The translations under genes were made by a program, and so were the position numbers. The notes under the pieces are model-generated. The model saw nothing but the letters and a program-made list of their open reading frames with translations. It ran no database searches and was not told the DNA's origin. DNA of 64,000 nt from positions 160,001 through 224,000 of the forward strand of contig CAXXFK010000030.1 in the NCBI GenBank assembly GCA_963663965.2. Reading direction: 5' to 3'. Source of the stretch: Sedimentisphaerales bacterium. Its GTDB lineage: Bacteria; Planctomycetota; Phycisphaerae; Sedimentisphaerales; SM23-30. Of the stretch, positions 32,821 through 43,441 are shown piece after piece (position 1 is the stretch's first letter; each line of letters opens with the position of its first letter).

Positions 32821-34365
32821 TTAATTAAAATGTTTAACCAGATAAATATTGTCGATTCCACACTCGTTACCAACAGATGCACTAATATTCATCATCAGAC
32901 GAACCTGCTTAACATCTTTGATTACGTCAGAGAAGGAGTTTGTCGAAGGGCCGTCATAGTGAGCCCAACCCGATGCATCGTCCAGAGGAATGACTGCTTT
33001 TGTCCAGGTTTCTTTGATGTTAGCCGGTCGAATAAACCAGTAACTCGTTCCATTATTCCCTTCAACAATTATTACAGGGTTATAAGTGTTGTTCGTGCCC
33101 TGATTGAAGATATATTCGTCCCATTCAATGGTGTTGTATTGAGATAAATCTCCAGATAACATATCGGTATTGGCGATTTCCAGGGGACTGCCAACCGGGA
33201 CGATTTCTTCGGCGGCCAAGTAGGTTTGAATTTCAGAGATTGGGCTAGTTAGAAATTTCAGATTACCACCAGAAAAATTATATTTAAACCAACCTTGATA
33301 AGTGCCATCATTGAAATCAGAGATAAGAGTTTTTTCGTCCTCAATTTTATTATCTTTAACCGGTCGGAATCCGGCGCCATTATCTTTATCGTAGTCAATT
33401 AAGGACCTGCGCGTTAATCGACAGGACCACGCATTGTTAGTCCAGGCTCCTCCACGAATAATTCGTTGGGTGCCATTAACCGGACCCGTTGGATTTGTCT
33501 GGGGTGAATAGGAATAATAATTTTTATCATACCAGTCGCTTACCCATTCCCAGTTATTACCGATCATATCATACAGACCATAATCATTGGGAGGGAAACT
33601 ACCAACCGGTGACATATAGGGCGCTCTACCTACTCCATAATATCTGGGATGATAATTAGCGTCTTCATAACTGTATAACGGATCCGTACGATAGTTGGCG
33701 TACTTTTGGGAGATGGTGTTTCCCCAGGAAAATCGGTTTTGCACCAAGCCGCCACGTGCGGCGTATTCCCATTCGGCTTCTGTTGGTAAACGGCAATCGT
33801 GCGCTTGGCAAAAGGCAGTCGCGCCATACCAGGTGACCCAGTTGACCGGGTGCTGAGCTCGATTGTGGCCGTCGGTCTGTTGCAGAACAAAAGAAGCTCC
33901 ATATTCATTTTCGACATATTTGATTCGGCTGAAAGTTTGGGCTGCTGTTGTCAAAAACCATGGCCGGCTATTGGTCTGGTCATCAATGGCGTAGACAAAG
34001 CCATCTACTACTTTGATTTTTTCCTGGGCCAATTGATCATTTAAAAAAGCGGCATATTGCGCATTGGTGACTTCATATTTACTCATTTTGAAAGAATCAA
34101 GGGTAACCGTATGAACGGGGCGTTCGTTTGCATCGCCTTCACCGTACGAGTCGCCCATCAGAAATGAACCACCGGGAATATCGACCCATTCTATATCAAT
34201 GCCTGGCTGAGAAGTATCGAGCCATTGTGAAGCCATGACAGCGAAGTCAGCAATATCAACCATACCATCGACATTAATATCAGAGCTTGAACTCTGAGCA
34301 AAAGTATTAAGACATAATACCAACAACGATAAACAGAAAATTACCCGTACGTTTTTAGCACACAT
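32821..34365 (-). CDS. Secreted formylglycine-generating enzyme (FGE-sulfatase) domain protein with dockerin-like N-terminus
   Basis: DINVDGMVDIADF, F.MG, RLPTEAEWEYAARGG, GLYDMIGNNWEW, RGGAW, GFR. Confidence 0.9.
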   Translation of the reverse strand: MCAKNVRVIFCLSLLVLCLNTFAQSSSSDINVDGMVDIADFAVMASQWLDTSQPGIDIEWVDIPGGSFLMGDSYGEGDANERPVHTVTLDSFKMSKYEVTNAQYAAFLNDQLAQEKIKVVDGFVYAIDDQTNSRPWFLTTAAQTFSRIKYVENEYGASFVLQQTDGHNRAQHPVNWVTWYGATAFCQAHDCRLPTEAEWEYAARGGLVQNRFSWGNTISQKYANYRTDPLYSYEDANYHPRYYGVGRAPYMSPVGSFPPNDYGLYDMIGNNWEWVSDWYDKNYYSYSPQTNPTGPVNGTQRIIRGGAWTNNAWSCRLTRRSLIDYDKDNGAGFRPVKDNKIEDEKTLISDFNDGTYQGWFKYNFSGGNLKFLTSPISEIQTYLAAEEIVPVGSPLEIANTDMLSGDLSQYNTIEWDEYIFNQGTNNTYNPVIIVEGNNGTSYWFIRPANIKETWTKAVIPLDDASGWAHYDGPSTNSFSDVIKDVKQVRLMMNISASVGNECGIDNIYLVKHFN

Positions 34366-34568
34366 TTTATTACTCCTTGAAAATTCCATCAAAAACCAAA
34401 AACCTTAGTCCCGATCTGGTTGGGACCGGAACGCTCTTTATTAATTATTTTAATTAAAATCCGGTTGCTATTCAAGACAAAATATTGGGATTATCGGATG
34501 AATATACGTCAGAATAGCGCATATTTGTTAAAATGGGTAATTTGTCATAGCATGGCGGATTTGACCGG

Positions 34569-34997
34569 TCAGGCCTGACCGGTGAGCCAGACGAGGAAGT
34601 AGAGGATGCGTGGGGTGTAGCCGGTGTGGACGCCCCAGGTATTGTACCAGGCGGCGAAGAATCCGAGGAAGGCGGCGACGGTGAAGATGTAGAGGGCCCA
34701 GCGTCGCAGGTAGATGGCGACGAGGCAGGCGGCGACGAATTTGCCGAGGACCATGAAGACCATGGCCGGCAGAGGGGTGAGGCAGGCGATGGCGATCTGG
34801 ATGAAGGGGTTGGCTTCTTCGAGATGGCCGCTGATACAGAGGAAGTGCCAGGTGCTGACCGCGTCGCAACTGATGGCGATGGTGAAGATGATGATGGGGA
34901 CGCGAAACGCCGGCCAGAAACCGCGGCTGTTGTCGCGTAAGCGGTTGAGGACTTTGTTTATGCCTGAAGCGGGTTGGATTGACGGGTTGTTATCCAT
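34569..34997 (-). CDS. Membrane protein (DUF5658-like)
   Basis: DAVST...EANP...K motif with 4 TM. Confidence 0.7.
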   Translation of the reverse strand: MDNNPSIQPASGINKVLNRLRDNSRGFWPAFRVPIIIFTIAISCDAVSTWHFLCISGHLEEANPFIQIAIACLTPLPAMVFMVLGKFVAACLVAIYLRRWALYIFTVAAFLGFFAAWYNTWGVHTGYTPRILYFLVWLTGQA

Positions 34998-35448
34998 TCA
35001 CATCTCAACGTTATAGCATACCAGTTCAGTAACCGGGGCACTCGCCGGTGAAGATTCAAGATTCGATACACTCAGTATAAAATTTTGAGTGAGATAAAAC
35101 AATAAAAAATTGCCTGGCTTTTGTTGGAGCATGCCAGGGGGAAATGTGTGCAGTTGGGGCGGTATGGGGATGGGAAAAACATTTTTTTGAAAAAATTTTT
35201 ACTGCTTGTTCTGGCGTGGGATAGCGAAACTGGGTGGTGGTCTGGACGGACCGTTTTCGGCGCAATTGCTTCCGGTTGGTAGTAAAGGGTGAGAGGCTGA
35301 TTGATGCGAAAAGGGAAGAAAAAATAGCTCACACAAAGCCGCAAAGCCACGAAGGGAAACAGCCAGGTAGGCTAAAAGGCGAGAAGATAAGAAGGTAAGA
35401 AAAACAATACCAATACAACAGTAAAAAAATTAACACGCATAACTGAGG

Positions 35449-36990
35449 ATGATGGATATGGCATTTGAATTTGGACATTTTCGACGGACGCAGCTGAAGG
35501 GTATGGAGACGCTGGATGAGGATTTTGTGGACTGGCTGGTGCATGACTGGGGTGTTGAGCAGATGCGCCGGTGTGAGTGGCTGCGGGATTATTATCACAA
35601 TGACTTCAGCGCGACGCTGTGGGATCCGGCGGGCGATCTTAACGTTGGCGGGCTGCCTTATCGACAGGCGCAGGAAGCGGGCCTGCCCCGGCGCATTACG
35701 GGTCGGGTATCGGGCGGCGAGAATACCGATCCAAAGAACCGGCGCAAGGAGGTGGTGATCGAAAACGATATCGCCTGGCGAATCGATACGATTGTGGATT
35801 TTCTGTTCGGCAAGCCGTTTCAGATCATTTCGCGCTGTCCGGATCCGAACCGGGCCCAGGCGATGCAGCAGATTATCGAAGCGGTCTTCAGCGCCAACGG
35901 CGGTGCGAGTTATTTTCAGGGGCTGGCGCTGCTGGGCAGTATTTATGGCCTGGTGGATGTGGTGTTACGCTGGGATCGGATCGGGGGTGGAACGGGCAGA
36001 GGAGAGGTGGCAGGACGGCAGGGGCGCGGCGCGAGCGGGCCTGAACAAATTGAAGAAGCGCTGCATGCGGCGCGAAGCATGATACTGGAGGCGATTGAAG
36101 CGCCGCGCTGCCTGCCTGTTCTGAATACCTGCGATTATACCCGGATCGATTATTACATTCAGCATTACTGGCTGGAGCATCCGCACATGAGCGACGGGGC
36201 GTCGTGGCTGGAATCGGAAACGGCGCAGGGGCGGCGGGTGACGCCGCGCCGGGAGACGCATGAAGTGGAGATCCTGGCGCCCCGCTGGTATCAGCGGTAC
36301 CGGGATCGGATCTTGCTGGATGAAGGGCCCAATCCGCTGGGCGTGGTGCCGGTGGTGCATATTCAGAACATGCCGCTGCCGTTGAAGTATGAAGGGCAGA
36401 GCGATGTCGAACCGCTGATCCCGTTGCAGGATGAGTTGAACACCCGGTTGAGTGACCGGGCCAACCGGATCGCGTTGCAGAGTTTCAAGATGTACCTGGG
36501 CAAGGGGATCGACGGTTTTGTGGAGCGGCAAGTCGGGCCAGGCCAGATGTGGAGTACGCTCAATACGCAGGCATCGATCGAGGTTTTTGGCGGTGACAGC
36601 GCCTGCCCCAGCGAGACGGAACATATCGAACAGATCCGGGAAGCGATGGAAAAGGCCAGCGGGGTGGCCTCGGTGGCGGCGGGGATTCTGAAAGGCCGGG
36701 TGGGCAACCTGACCAGCGCGGTGGCGCTTAAGGTGACCTTGATGGGCGTGCTGGCGAAGACCGAACGCAAACGCCAGAGCTATGGCCAGGGTATCAAAGA
36801 GTTGTGCCGGCTGATTCTGCTGGCGATGGATAAGACGGGGGTCTTTCCCAACGACGAATCGGAACGGGAGTTTGATATTCTCTGGCCCGATCCGCTGCCG
36901 GAAAATAAACTGGAGAAGCTACAGGAAGCGAAAATGAAGCTGGAAGTGGGGGTGGGGCCGGACCAGGTCTTGAAAGAGCTGGGTTACTAA
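35449..36990 (+). CDS. Phage portal protein (SPP1 gp6-like)
   Basis: 513 aa; IVDFLFGKP, NPLGVVPVVHIQN, GQSDVEPLIPLQDELN, GNLTSAVALK, W.DPLP. Confidence 0.85.
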   Translation: MMDMAFEFGHFRRTQLKGMETLDEDFVDWLVHDWGVEQMRRCEWLRDYYHNDFSATLWDPAGDLNVGGLPYRQAQEAGLPRRITGRVSGGENTDPKNRRKEVVIENDIAWRIDTIVDFLFGKPFQIISRCPDPNRAQAMQQIIEAVFSANGGASYFQGLALLGSIYGLVDVVLRWDRIGGGTGRGEVAGRQGRGASGPEQIEEALHAARSMILEAIEAPRCLPVLNTCDYTRIDYYIQHYWLEHPHMSDGASWLESETAQGRRVTPRRETHEVEILAPRWYQRYRDRILLDEGPNPLGVVPVVHIQNMPLPLKYEGQSDVEPLIPLQDELNTRLSDRANRIALQSFKMYLGKGIDGFVERQVGPGQMWSTLNTQASIEVFGGDSACPSETEHIEQIREAMEKASGVASVAAGILKGRVGNLTSAVALKVTLMGVLAKTERKRQSYGQGIKELCRLILLAMDKTGVFPNDESEREFDILWPDPLPENKLEKLQEAKMKLEVGVGPDQVLKELGY

Positions 36991-37054
36991 CTGCCAAACT
37001 ATATTAAGGGTATATCGAAATTTTTAACCAGAATTTTATTCAAGGAGGTCCATT

Positions 37055-37495
37055 ATGGATGACATGAAAGACACAGTACAGGAATCGCAACCGGAACCGC
37101 AGGTGAATACGTCGACGCTCGGCGATCAGGTGCGGCAGTTGCAGACGGAGCTGGCCCAGGTGCGGCGGGAGAATGATTTGATTGTGCAGATGGCTCAGCG
37201 CGGGGTAGTGGATATTGAAGCGGCGGCGCTGTTGATCAGCCGCAAGCACGCCGGTGAGGGCGGTGATGACAATATTGACGCGCTGATCGAGCAGTTGCGT
37301 CAGGACCGGCCGTGGCTGTTTGGCCGGAACGATCAAACCGCGCCGGCGATGAACCAGCCGACCGCGGCGGTGCGTTCCGAACGCAATACCGACCGGATCG
37401 AGATGGACAAGGCGGCGCGTCAGGCGCGTCAGAGCGGTCAGCGTCGTGATCTGATCGCGTATCTGAGATTGCGGCGATTGAAGCGCGGGCGTTGA
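37055..37495 (+). CDS. Putative capsid scaffolding protein
   Basis: Coiled-coil, IEQLRQDRPWLF motif, basic C-terminus, located between portal and capsid; AAGGAGG RBS. Confidence 0.65.
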   Translation: MDDMKDTVQESQPEPQVNTSTLGDQVRQLQTELAQVRRENDLIVQMAQRGVVDIEAAALLISRKHAGEGGDDNIDALIEQLRQDRPWLFGRNDQTAPAMNQPTAAVRSERNTDRIEMDKAARQARQSGQRRDLIAYLRLRRLKRGR

Positions 37496-37564
37496 AAACG
37501 AAAAGGCGAATAGGCGAAAAGTCAAAAAGATAAGAAGGCAAAATTTTGAAAGGAAGGATTTACG

Positions 37565-38716
37565 ATGTCATTTACAGGAAAAGCAACCTATAGCGCCGGG
37601 GCGACCCTGGCGGAGCTGGTGGAGGATATTTCGGATTTGATCGGGATTGTCTCTCCGTATGAAACGCCGCTGCTGGATGCGCTGGGCGATCCGCTGCGCG
37701 CGGCCCAGAGCACCTATCACGAATGGCTGGAGGACAGCCTGCTGCCCAACCGTGACGCGATCAGCGACAATACCTACGGCAATCCGGCGACGGATACCAG
37801 TTTTGATGTGGTGAACGGCGACCGGTTCCGGGTGGGCGATCAGATCCAGGTGGAGGGCAGCGGGGAGTTGATGCTGGTGACAGCGATCAGCAGTAATACG
37901 CTGACGGTGACGCGTGGTTATGCCGGGACGACCCAGGAGGCGCTGGCCGATGGCAAGGCCGTTAATATTCTTTGTAACGCGGCGCTGGAAGGCGCGGACA
38001 AGGCTGCCAGCCGGTTTACCAACCGGGCCCGGCATGGCAACTATACGCAGATCTTCACTGCGTCGGTGGAGGTGTCGGGCAGTATGCTGGCGGCGCGTCA
38101 GGTGGGCCTGAGCGATGAGATGGATTATCAGAAGCAGGAGCGGTTGCGGGAACTGCTGCGCGATCTGGAGAATACGGTGATCAATGGCGGCCAGGCTGCC
38201 GGCACTCCGCAGGGTGGACCAACCACGCGGCGCACGATGCGCGGGATAGTTCAGCATATCCAGACCAACGCGTGGGAAGTGGGTGATACCGGGTTGCCGA
38301 GCGGAACCGATCTGGATGAGGCCAAGCTCAGCTATGTCATGCGGCAGATCTGGGAAAACAGCAACGGCCAGATCGATCTGATTGTGGTGAACGGGTCACA
38401 GAAGCGGCGCATCAATGGATTTGTCAGTTCGAGCCGGCGCTATCAGCCGGAAGATCATACCTTCAGCGATATGATCGGAACCTACGAAAGCGATTTTGGC
38501 GTCTGCCGGGTGGTGTTGTCGCGCTGGGTACCGCGTGACGCGGTGCTGCTGCTGGACAGTTCGCGGATTGAGGTTTTGCCGCTGGCGGGGCGGAGTTTCC
38601 ATTTCAAACCGCTGGCCTCGGGCGGCGATTATGAATGCGGTCAGATTATCGGCGAATATACGCTGGAGATGCGCAACGAGGAGGCGCATGGGTGTTTGCG
38701 GGGATTGAGTGTTTAG
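37565..38716 (+). CDS. Major capsid protein (SU10/DUF5309-type, HK97 fold inferred)
   Basis: EDISDLI.IVSP.ETPLL, HEWLEDSL, NYTQIF...V.VSGS, RTMRGI, YESDFG, GQIIGEYTLE; inserted LTVTRGYAGT domain. Confidence 0.85.
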   Translation: MSFTGKATYSAGATLAELVEDISDLIGIVSPYETPLLDALGDPLRAAQSTYHEWLEDSLLPNRDAISDNTYGNPATDTSFDVVNGDRFRVGDQIQVEGSGELMLVTAISSNTLTVTRGYAGTTQEALADGKAVNILCNAALEGADKAASRFTNRARHGNYTQIFTASVEVSGSMLAARQVGLSDEMDYQKQERLRELLRDLENTVINGGQAAGTPQGGPTTRRTMRGIVQHIQTNAWEVGDTGLPSGTDLDEAKLSYVMRQIWENSNGQIDLIVVNGSQKRRINGFVSSSRRYQPEDHTFSDMIGTYESDFGVCRVVLSRWVPRDAVLLLDSSRIEVLPLAGRSFHFKPLASGGDYECGQIIGEYTLEMRNEEAHGCLRGLSV

Positions 38717-38735
38717 TAGGGTTATTGAAGGGGAC

Positions 38736-38770
38736 CGGCGGCCGGGATTGTGTTTCCGGCCGCCTATTTT
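38736..38770 (+). terminator. Hairpin after the capsid gene
   Basis: GGCGGCCGGGA-TTGTGT-TTCCGGCCGCC-TATTTT. Confidence 0.6.
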
Positions 38771-38784
38771 CGAAGGAAACGACG

Positions 38785-39417
38785 ATGGAAATTGCTGGTA
38801 ACGATATTGATTTGTTGATCTGGGAGCCGATGCTGTTTCGTGAATATGGCGCGGCCGGCCAGGTGGTGGTGGAAGGTGACGGCGCGACGATTGACGGGGT
38901 GACACTGACCGATACGGGAGCGGATTTTCAGACGCAGGGTGTGTTGGCGGGTATGGTCGCGCATGTCTGGAACGCTGAGACGAATGCGGATGATTTACTG
39001 GAAGTGGTGGCGGTGGATTCTGAGACGCAACTGACGGTATCGCGGCTGCGGATGAGCCGGGAGGGCGCGCCGGTGAATGCAATGCTTACCGGAACAGGGA
39101 TGGCCTATCGTGTTATCAGCTATCGCCGCCAGATCGAGGAGACCATTCAGCGGCTCAGCCGGATATGCGGTCTGGACCGGAGTGACGGTGAGCTGGTGAA
39201 TAGCGATGTTTTGCGGCAGGTGGTGGCATTGGATACGGTGGTGACGATTCTGATGGGCTGTGGCGAACTGGATAGTTTGATTATGAAGCGGATCGGTAAT
39301 TATCGCAGGCTTTACGAGCAGGCACTGGAGAGTATCTGCCTGATGATCGACCTGGATGGCGATGGCGCGGCTGATATGAACCGTTCGGGCCGGGTGATCC
39401 ATTTGACAAGGGTGTAA
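38785..39417 (+). CDS. Putative head-completion/adaptor protein
   Basis: Directly follows the capsid gene; helical C-half ending DLDGDGAAD; function from position only. Confidence 0.55.
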   Translation: MEIAGNDIDLLIWEPMLFREYGAAGQVVVEGDGATIDGVTLTDTGADFQTQGVLAGMVAHVWNAETNADDLLEVVAVDSETQLTVSRLRMSREGAPVNAMLTGTGMAYRVISYRRQIEETIQRLSRICGLDRSDGELVNSDVLRQVVALDTVVTILMGCGELDSLIMKRIGNYRRLYEQALESICLMIDLDGDGAADMNRSGRVIHLTRV

Positions 39418-39418
39418 G

Positions 39419-39802
39419 ATGAAACGACAGACGATTACATTTAATGGGCAACGTTTTTTTGAACGGGGCAGACACCGAATGGTCGCCGGTTCGCCCGAAC
39501 GGCGCACGATGGATCAGACGGCGGCCGGGGTGGATGGTGTGCTGGGTGTCGACCTGGGTGGTTGCGGGCGAACGCTGACGCAGGATGGTGTGCTGGTTGC
39601 GGTTGATAACGAGGCGCTGGCCGATCTGGTTACCCGGATCGAGAGTTATATCGATGGACTGGCTTATCGTCTGATCGATGAACGCGGGGTAGTTTATGAC
39701 AATGTCCGGTTGGTGCGGTTTGACGCGCAACCGGCGGTATCGAGCGGGCGGCTGGTTTGCTGTCGGTATCGGATCGAATATCGGCAATTATCGGTGGAGT
39801 AA
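39419..39802 (+). CDS. Putative virion structural protein
   Basis: 127 aa beta-rich, tightly coupled in the operon. Confidence 0.55.
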   Translation: MKRQTITFNGQRFFERGRHRMVAGSPERRTMDQTAAGVDGVLGVDLGGCGRTLTQDGVLVAVDNEALADLVTRIESYIDGLAYRLIDERGVVYDNVRLVRFDAQPAVSSGRLVCCRYRIEYRQLSVE

Positions 39803-39805
39803 AAC

Positions 39806-40510
39806 ATGACAGGTAATCGAATCATAGGATTATGGGCGGAACCGGTAGTAATGGGGACCGGGCCGGGCGACCGGCCGGTTTTTGTGCCGGGCGTGATCTG
39901 GCTACGGTGGGAGAGTGTGGCGGATGGCATGGTCCGGATTTTTATTAACGGGCAGTTCTCGGCCAGTTCCGATTTGCCTCAACAGCGCGAATTGATGGCG
40001 GCCTGGGACAGCAGTAAGACCGCAATTATTGAAGCGGTGATAGAGGGTGAGAATCCGCTGGATTTGAATCGGGCAGGGCTGTTGGCGGAAATCGGTTGGC
40101 TGAAAAAAGATACCATGCCGTTGGATACGCTCGTGCAAATCGTTAACGATGATACGGATGAGGTGGTGTATGAAGGGCCGCTCTGGAATGGCGTATGGGA
40201 ACAGTGGGGTTTTGGATGTGGCGGGTTTGGTGAAGAGGGATTTAGTTATGACGGTGGTAACGCGCCGGGTATGGCTGGAGGGGCGTTTGGTTTGGGCAGG
40301 TTTGGTTTTGACTGGATTCGGCGGTGTGTGATTCAGCCGGCCGGATCCGGTCTGAGCCGGTATCAGGTGCGTTATGAGGATGGCGAGCATCAACTGGTAG
40401 AGGAACAGCCGGTTGCGTGTTATGGCGATCCGGTATCGAAGTCGTACCGGTTGGAATGGCGCCGCTATGATGTGGATAATGATTGTGTGTATTTAACGAT
40501 TGAATTTTGA
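39806..40510 (+). CDS. Hypothetical structural protein with GFG-rich segment
   Basis: WGFGCGGFGEEGFSYDG...GAFGLGRFGFD; GGAG RBS. Confidence 0.6.
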   Translation: MTGNRIIGLWAEPVVMGTGPGDRPVFVPGVIWLRWESVADGMVRIFINGQFSASSDLPQQRELMAAWDSSKTAIIEAVIEGENPLDLNRAGLLAEIGWLKKDTMPLDTLVQIVNDDTDEVVYEGPLWNGVWEQWGFGCGGFGEEGFSYDGGNAPGMAGGAFGLGRFGFDWIRRCVIQPAGSGLSRYQVRYEDGEHQLVEEQPVACYGDPVSKSYRLEWRRYDVDNDCVYLTIEF

Positions 40511-40521
40511 GGAGGTTTCAC

Positions 40522-41322
40522 ATGGCTGAGTTGTATCCCAATGATGATCTGTTGCTGGCGCTGGCGCAGGATGAAGGAACGGGCGTGGATTATATCGAGA
40601 CGGGCCGGACGCCTTATTACCTGGAGTTTCGGCGGATGCTTTATCGTCTGCTGGATACGGCGCGGCGGGCGGGCGATTTGCGCGTGTATGCCGATGGCGA
40701 TCTGTCGATTGGCGTGAAGCCCGGCGCGTTCTGGGACGGTGCGGTGTTGCGGGATTATGGCGGCTGTGACCAGTCACCGCTGGTTGATGATCGGGCGGCG
40801 ATCTATGTCTATCTGAACCGTGATGGTGGACTGGTTACGGATGAGTATACCGGTTTTCCGGAGCCGGATGTGCTGCATATTCGACTGGCCCGGATTGAGA
40901 CGAGTGGCGGTAAGATCGCGGCGATAGTGGACTGCCGTGGTCAGCAGTTGTGGAATCAGCCGGTTTCGGGCGCGCATTGTGTGGGGTGTGGTGTGAACGG
41001 GACGCCGATGATCCTGTTTCATGTTGCTGTGGAAAATGGCGCGACAGTGAATCTTCATGCCGGTGACGCGCCGTATGGATATCGGATTATCGATGCCTGG
41101 TCGATTGCTCGCGGTACGGCCAGCGGATCGTGGCAGTTGCAGACCGGGGTGAATCCGGTGAGTGATCTGGTTAGTCTGCCCACACAGAGCGGGGGTTTAA
41201 GCCGGGCAGGATTGATCGATCCGGTTTATGCCGAAATCAGCCTGGGCGGCTCGCTGGCGGTGGTGGGCGACGGCGCCAATGCGCATGTGGATGTCTATAT
41301 CGCCGCGGTCAGGATGGTGTGA
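40522..41322 (+). CDS. Putative tail/fibre-associated protein
   Basis: GAGGAGG RBS; IYVYL...G.L....GFP....HIRLA resembles fibre-anchor segments. Confidence 0.55.
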   Translation: MAELYPNDDLLLALAQDEGTGVDYIETGRTPYYLEFRRMLYRLLDTARRAGDLRVYADGDLSIGVKPGAFWDGAVLRDYGGCDQSPLVDDRAAIYVYLNRDGGLVTDEYTGFPEPDVLHIRLARIETSGGKIAAIVDCRGQQLWNQPVSGAHCVGCGVNGTPMILFHVAVENGATVNLHAGDAPYGYRIIDAWSIARGTASGSWQLQTGVNPVSDLVSLPTQSGGLSRAGLIDPVYAEISLGGSLAVVGDGANAHVDVYIAAVRMV

Positions 41323-41323
41323 T

Positions 41324-42610
41324 ATGATTACGATAACAGGAACCAACAGCGGCCAGCCGTGGACCTGGCAAAGCTGGTACGCGGCGAATCCAGCCGGTAT
41401 TAGCGAAGTGGTGCCCGGCGCGGTGTATGGTATTCACGATCAGGTGACGTTTGGCGATGGCGTGACTGCGACCGTGTTTCAATCGTGCAATGAGATGGTC
41501 TGGTTCGATGACGGCATGACTTTCAATCTGACCGAGCAGGCTACTTTGGCTCTGGGTGAACTGGCCGGGGACTGGGGGATTAATGGTTCGTTCTGGTCGC
41601 TGGGGCCGGCGGCATCGTGGCTGCTGATGGCGTATCTGGATACTTCGGTTTTTAATGTTTACGCCAGCCGGTTGCATATCCGCACGAATAACCGGACCCA
41701 GTTTTACGGCGGGCAGATTACTATTTTGAATTCGGTGTTGTCATCGATATTCCATGAAGGCGGGATCAACGACCGGGCCGGCTTCTATTTTTACAGTCCG
41801 TGTGAGTCTCTGGTGTTGCGCAAGGTACGGATTGAGAATGCCCTGGTGTTGAGTCTCAGTCTGACTCCGGACAGTTTCGAACAGATCCACTGTCACCGCT
41901 GTTATAACGGCGTGGCGGCCAATAGCGCTGATGTGACGGTTCAGGGTGTCGAGCTGACCAGTTGCGATGTGGAACTGATTCAGACGGGACTGGCGGCCTG
42001 TTTGGAGGTCGATAATCCTCAAACCCCGATCCAGACGGTTGCCATTGGATCGAACGACCCCGCGGCCAGGGTTGTTGAACTTTTTGACTGTCTGATTGAG
42101 GCCCGGGATGAATCTGGCGCGGCGGTCGCGTCCGCCCTGGTAACTTTGCGGCAAAGCCATGTGGTTGCTTATGACAGTACGGTTTATCGTTGTCGGGTAT
42201 CGCATACGAGCGATACGTTTTATGCCGATCTGGCGGCGGGTTACTGGGTAGTTGATAGCGAGATCGAAAATGCTCCGCCCTGGCGCGCGGCTATGGCGTA
42301 TGTGGCGGATCAATACGATGGCGGGATATTCAATGGCGCATCCGGGTTGCTTACCAATGGAGAGGGTCTGGCGCTCTGGAACGATCAAACCCCGCGGATA
42401 CCTGCCCGGCGATGGACCACGACCAGTGAATGGCAGGAACGCTGGGTTTATACTCTGACAATAGCCAAGGCGGGCTATGAATCTTTGGCGATTTCCAGTA
42501 TCGATTTTGATCGGCCGCGCCGCTGGCGTATTCCGTTGAGTTGCTATCGACCGCGCGCGTTACCGTGTGGACCCAGTGTGGGATCGGCCGTATCGGGCGC
42601 GTTTGTCTGA
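41324..42610 (+). CDS. Putative tail spike/receptor-binding protein
   Basis: Beta-helix-like core and CBM5/12-like segment YDSTVYRCRVSHTS....DLAAGYW. Confidence 0.5.
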   Translation: MITITGTNSGQPWTWQSWYAANPAGISEVVPGAVYGIHDQVTFGDGVTATVFQSCNEMVWFDDGMTFNLTEQATLALGELAGDWGINGSFWSLGPAASWLLMAYLDTSVFNVYASRLHIRTNNRTQFYGGQITILNSVLSSIFHEGGINDRAGFYFYSPCESLVLRKVRIENALVLSLSLTPDSFEQIHCHRCYNGVAANSADVTVQGVELTSCDVELIQTGLAACLEVDNPQTPIQTVAIGSNDPAARVVELFDCLIEARDESGAAVASALVTLRQSHVVAYDSTVYRCRVSHTSDTFYADLAAGYWVVDSEIENAPPWRAAMAYVADQYDGGIFNGASGLLTNGEGLALWNDQTPRIPARRWTTTSEWQERWVYTLTIAKAGYESLAISSIDFDRPRRWRIPLSCYRPRALPCGPSVGSAVSGAFV

Positions 42611-42635
42611 GGATTATCCGGAAGGAGGTTTTACC

Positions 42636-43061
42636 ATGTTTTATTATGTCTATTTTCAACACAACGGCCAGCCTTATCCCGCTCTCACGCCGCAATGGTT
42701 GAGTTTGTATACTGCCGGTCAGGGGCTGAACAAGCTGGCCCTGGCTCCGACTATTGAAGAGATTGGCGGCGGCTGGTACCGGTTCGATATCCGTTATGGC
42801 TACGCGCCCTGGGATCTTACCGGTGAAGACCTGGTCGGGGTGATCGATGGCGGCGAGGTTTTGGAAACCGCCGAACGGTATAAGCCGGTGGTGTTATCAT
42901 TGCGCGGACTGGGACTGGCGCGGATCGCCCATCGCGGCGTTCAGGATAAACAAAACGGGCAGGTAACGATTTATGCCCCGGACGGGGTAACGCCGGAACT
43001 GAAGTTGGCTATGACGGAAACGGTCGATCAGATTGAACGGGCGCCAACGCGGGGGGATTAG
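42636..43061 (+). CDS. Hypothetical protein in phage-like operon
   Basis: AAGGAGG RBS; EIGGGWYRF motif. Confidence 0.6.
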   Translation: MFYYVYFQHNGQPYPALTPQWLSLYTAGQGLNKLALAPTIEEIGGGWYRFDIRYGYAPWDLTGEDLVGVIDGGEVLETAERYKPVVLSLRGLGLARIAHRGVQDKQNGQVTIYAPDGVTPELKLAMTETVDQIERAPTRGD

Positions 43062-43063
43062 CG

Positions 43064-43441
43064 ATGGACAAGCGGTTTTACGGCTCATTATTGGAAGGGG
43101 ATTTTTCTTCGAGGTTATCGTTGGCGATGGGTCTGGTGGAGGGGGATTTCTGGCCGAGAAGCCGGGATGTGAGTGTGTTGTATCGGGGGCTGGACAGCGT
43201 TGATCGGATCGATCTGGAACGGCCGGTTGCTGTTCTGGAAGGTGAGGGCGAGTTGGCGCTGCCGGATTGGCTGGAACATCCGGTGGGGCGTGATGTGTGG
43301 TATCTGCTGCGCCGGGTGAGTGTGACGGGCAGGCAGGAAAATAATACGGTGTCTGTAGTGGGTGTAAGGCGTGATTCCGATGGTGTGATCCGGCCTTTGA
43401 CGCGTGGCGTGATTTCAACGAGGGAGGATGGACATGGATAG
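43064..43441 (+). CDS. Hypothetical protein in phage-like operon
   Basis: 125 aa, coupled to both neighbours. Confidence 0.55.
   Translation: MDKRFYGSLLEGDFSSRLSLAMGLVEGDFWPRSRDVSVLYRGLDSVDRIDLERPVAVLEGEGELALPDWLEHPVGRDVWYLLRRVSVTGRQENNTVSVVGVRRDSDGVIRPLTRGVISTREDGHG

Noticed and set aside
32821..34365. FGE-domain gene as a DGR target
   Set aside because: No template repeat or RT found nearby
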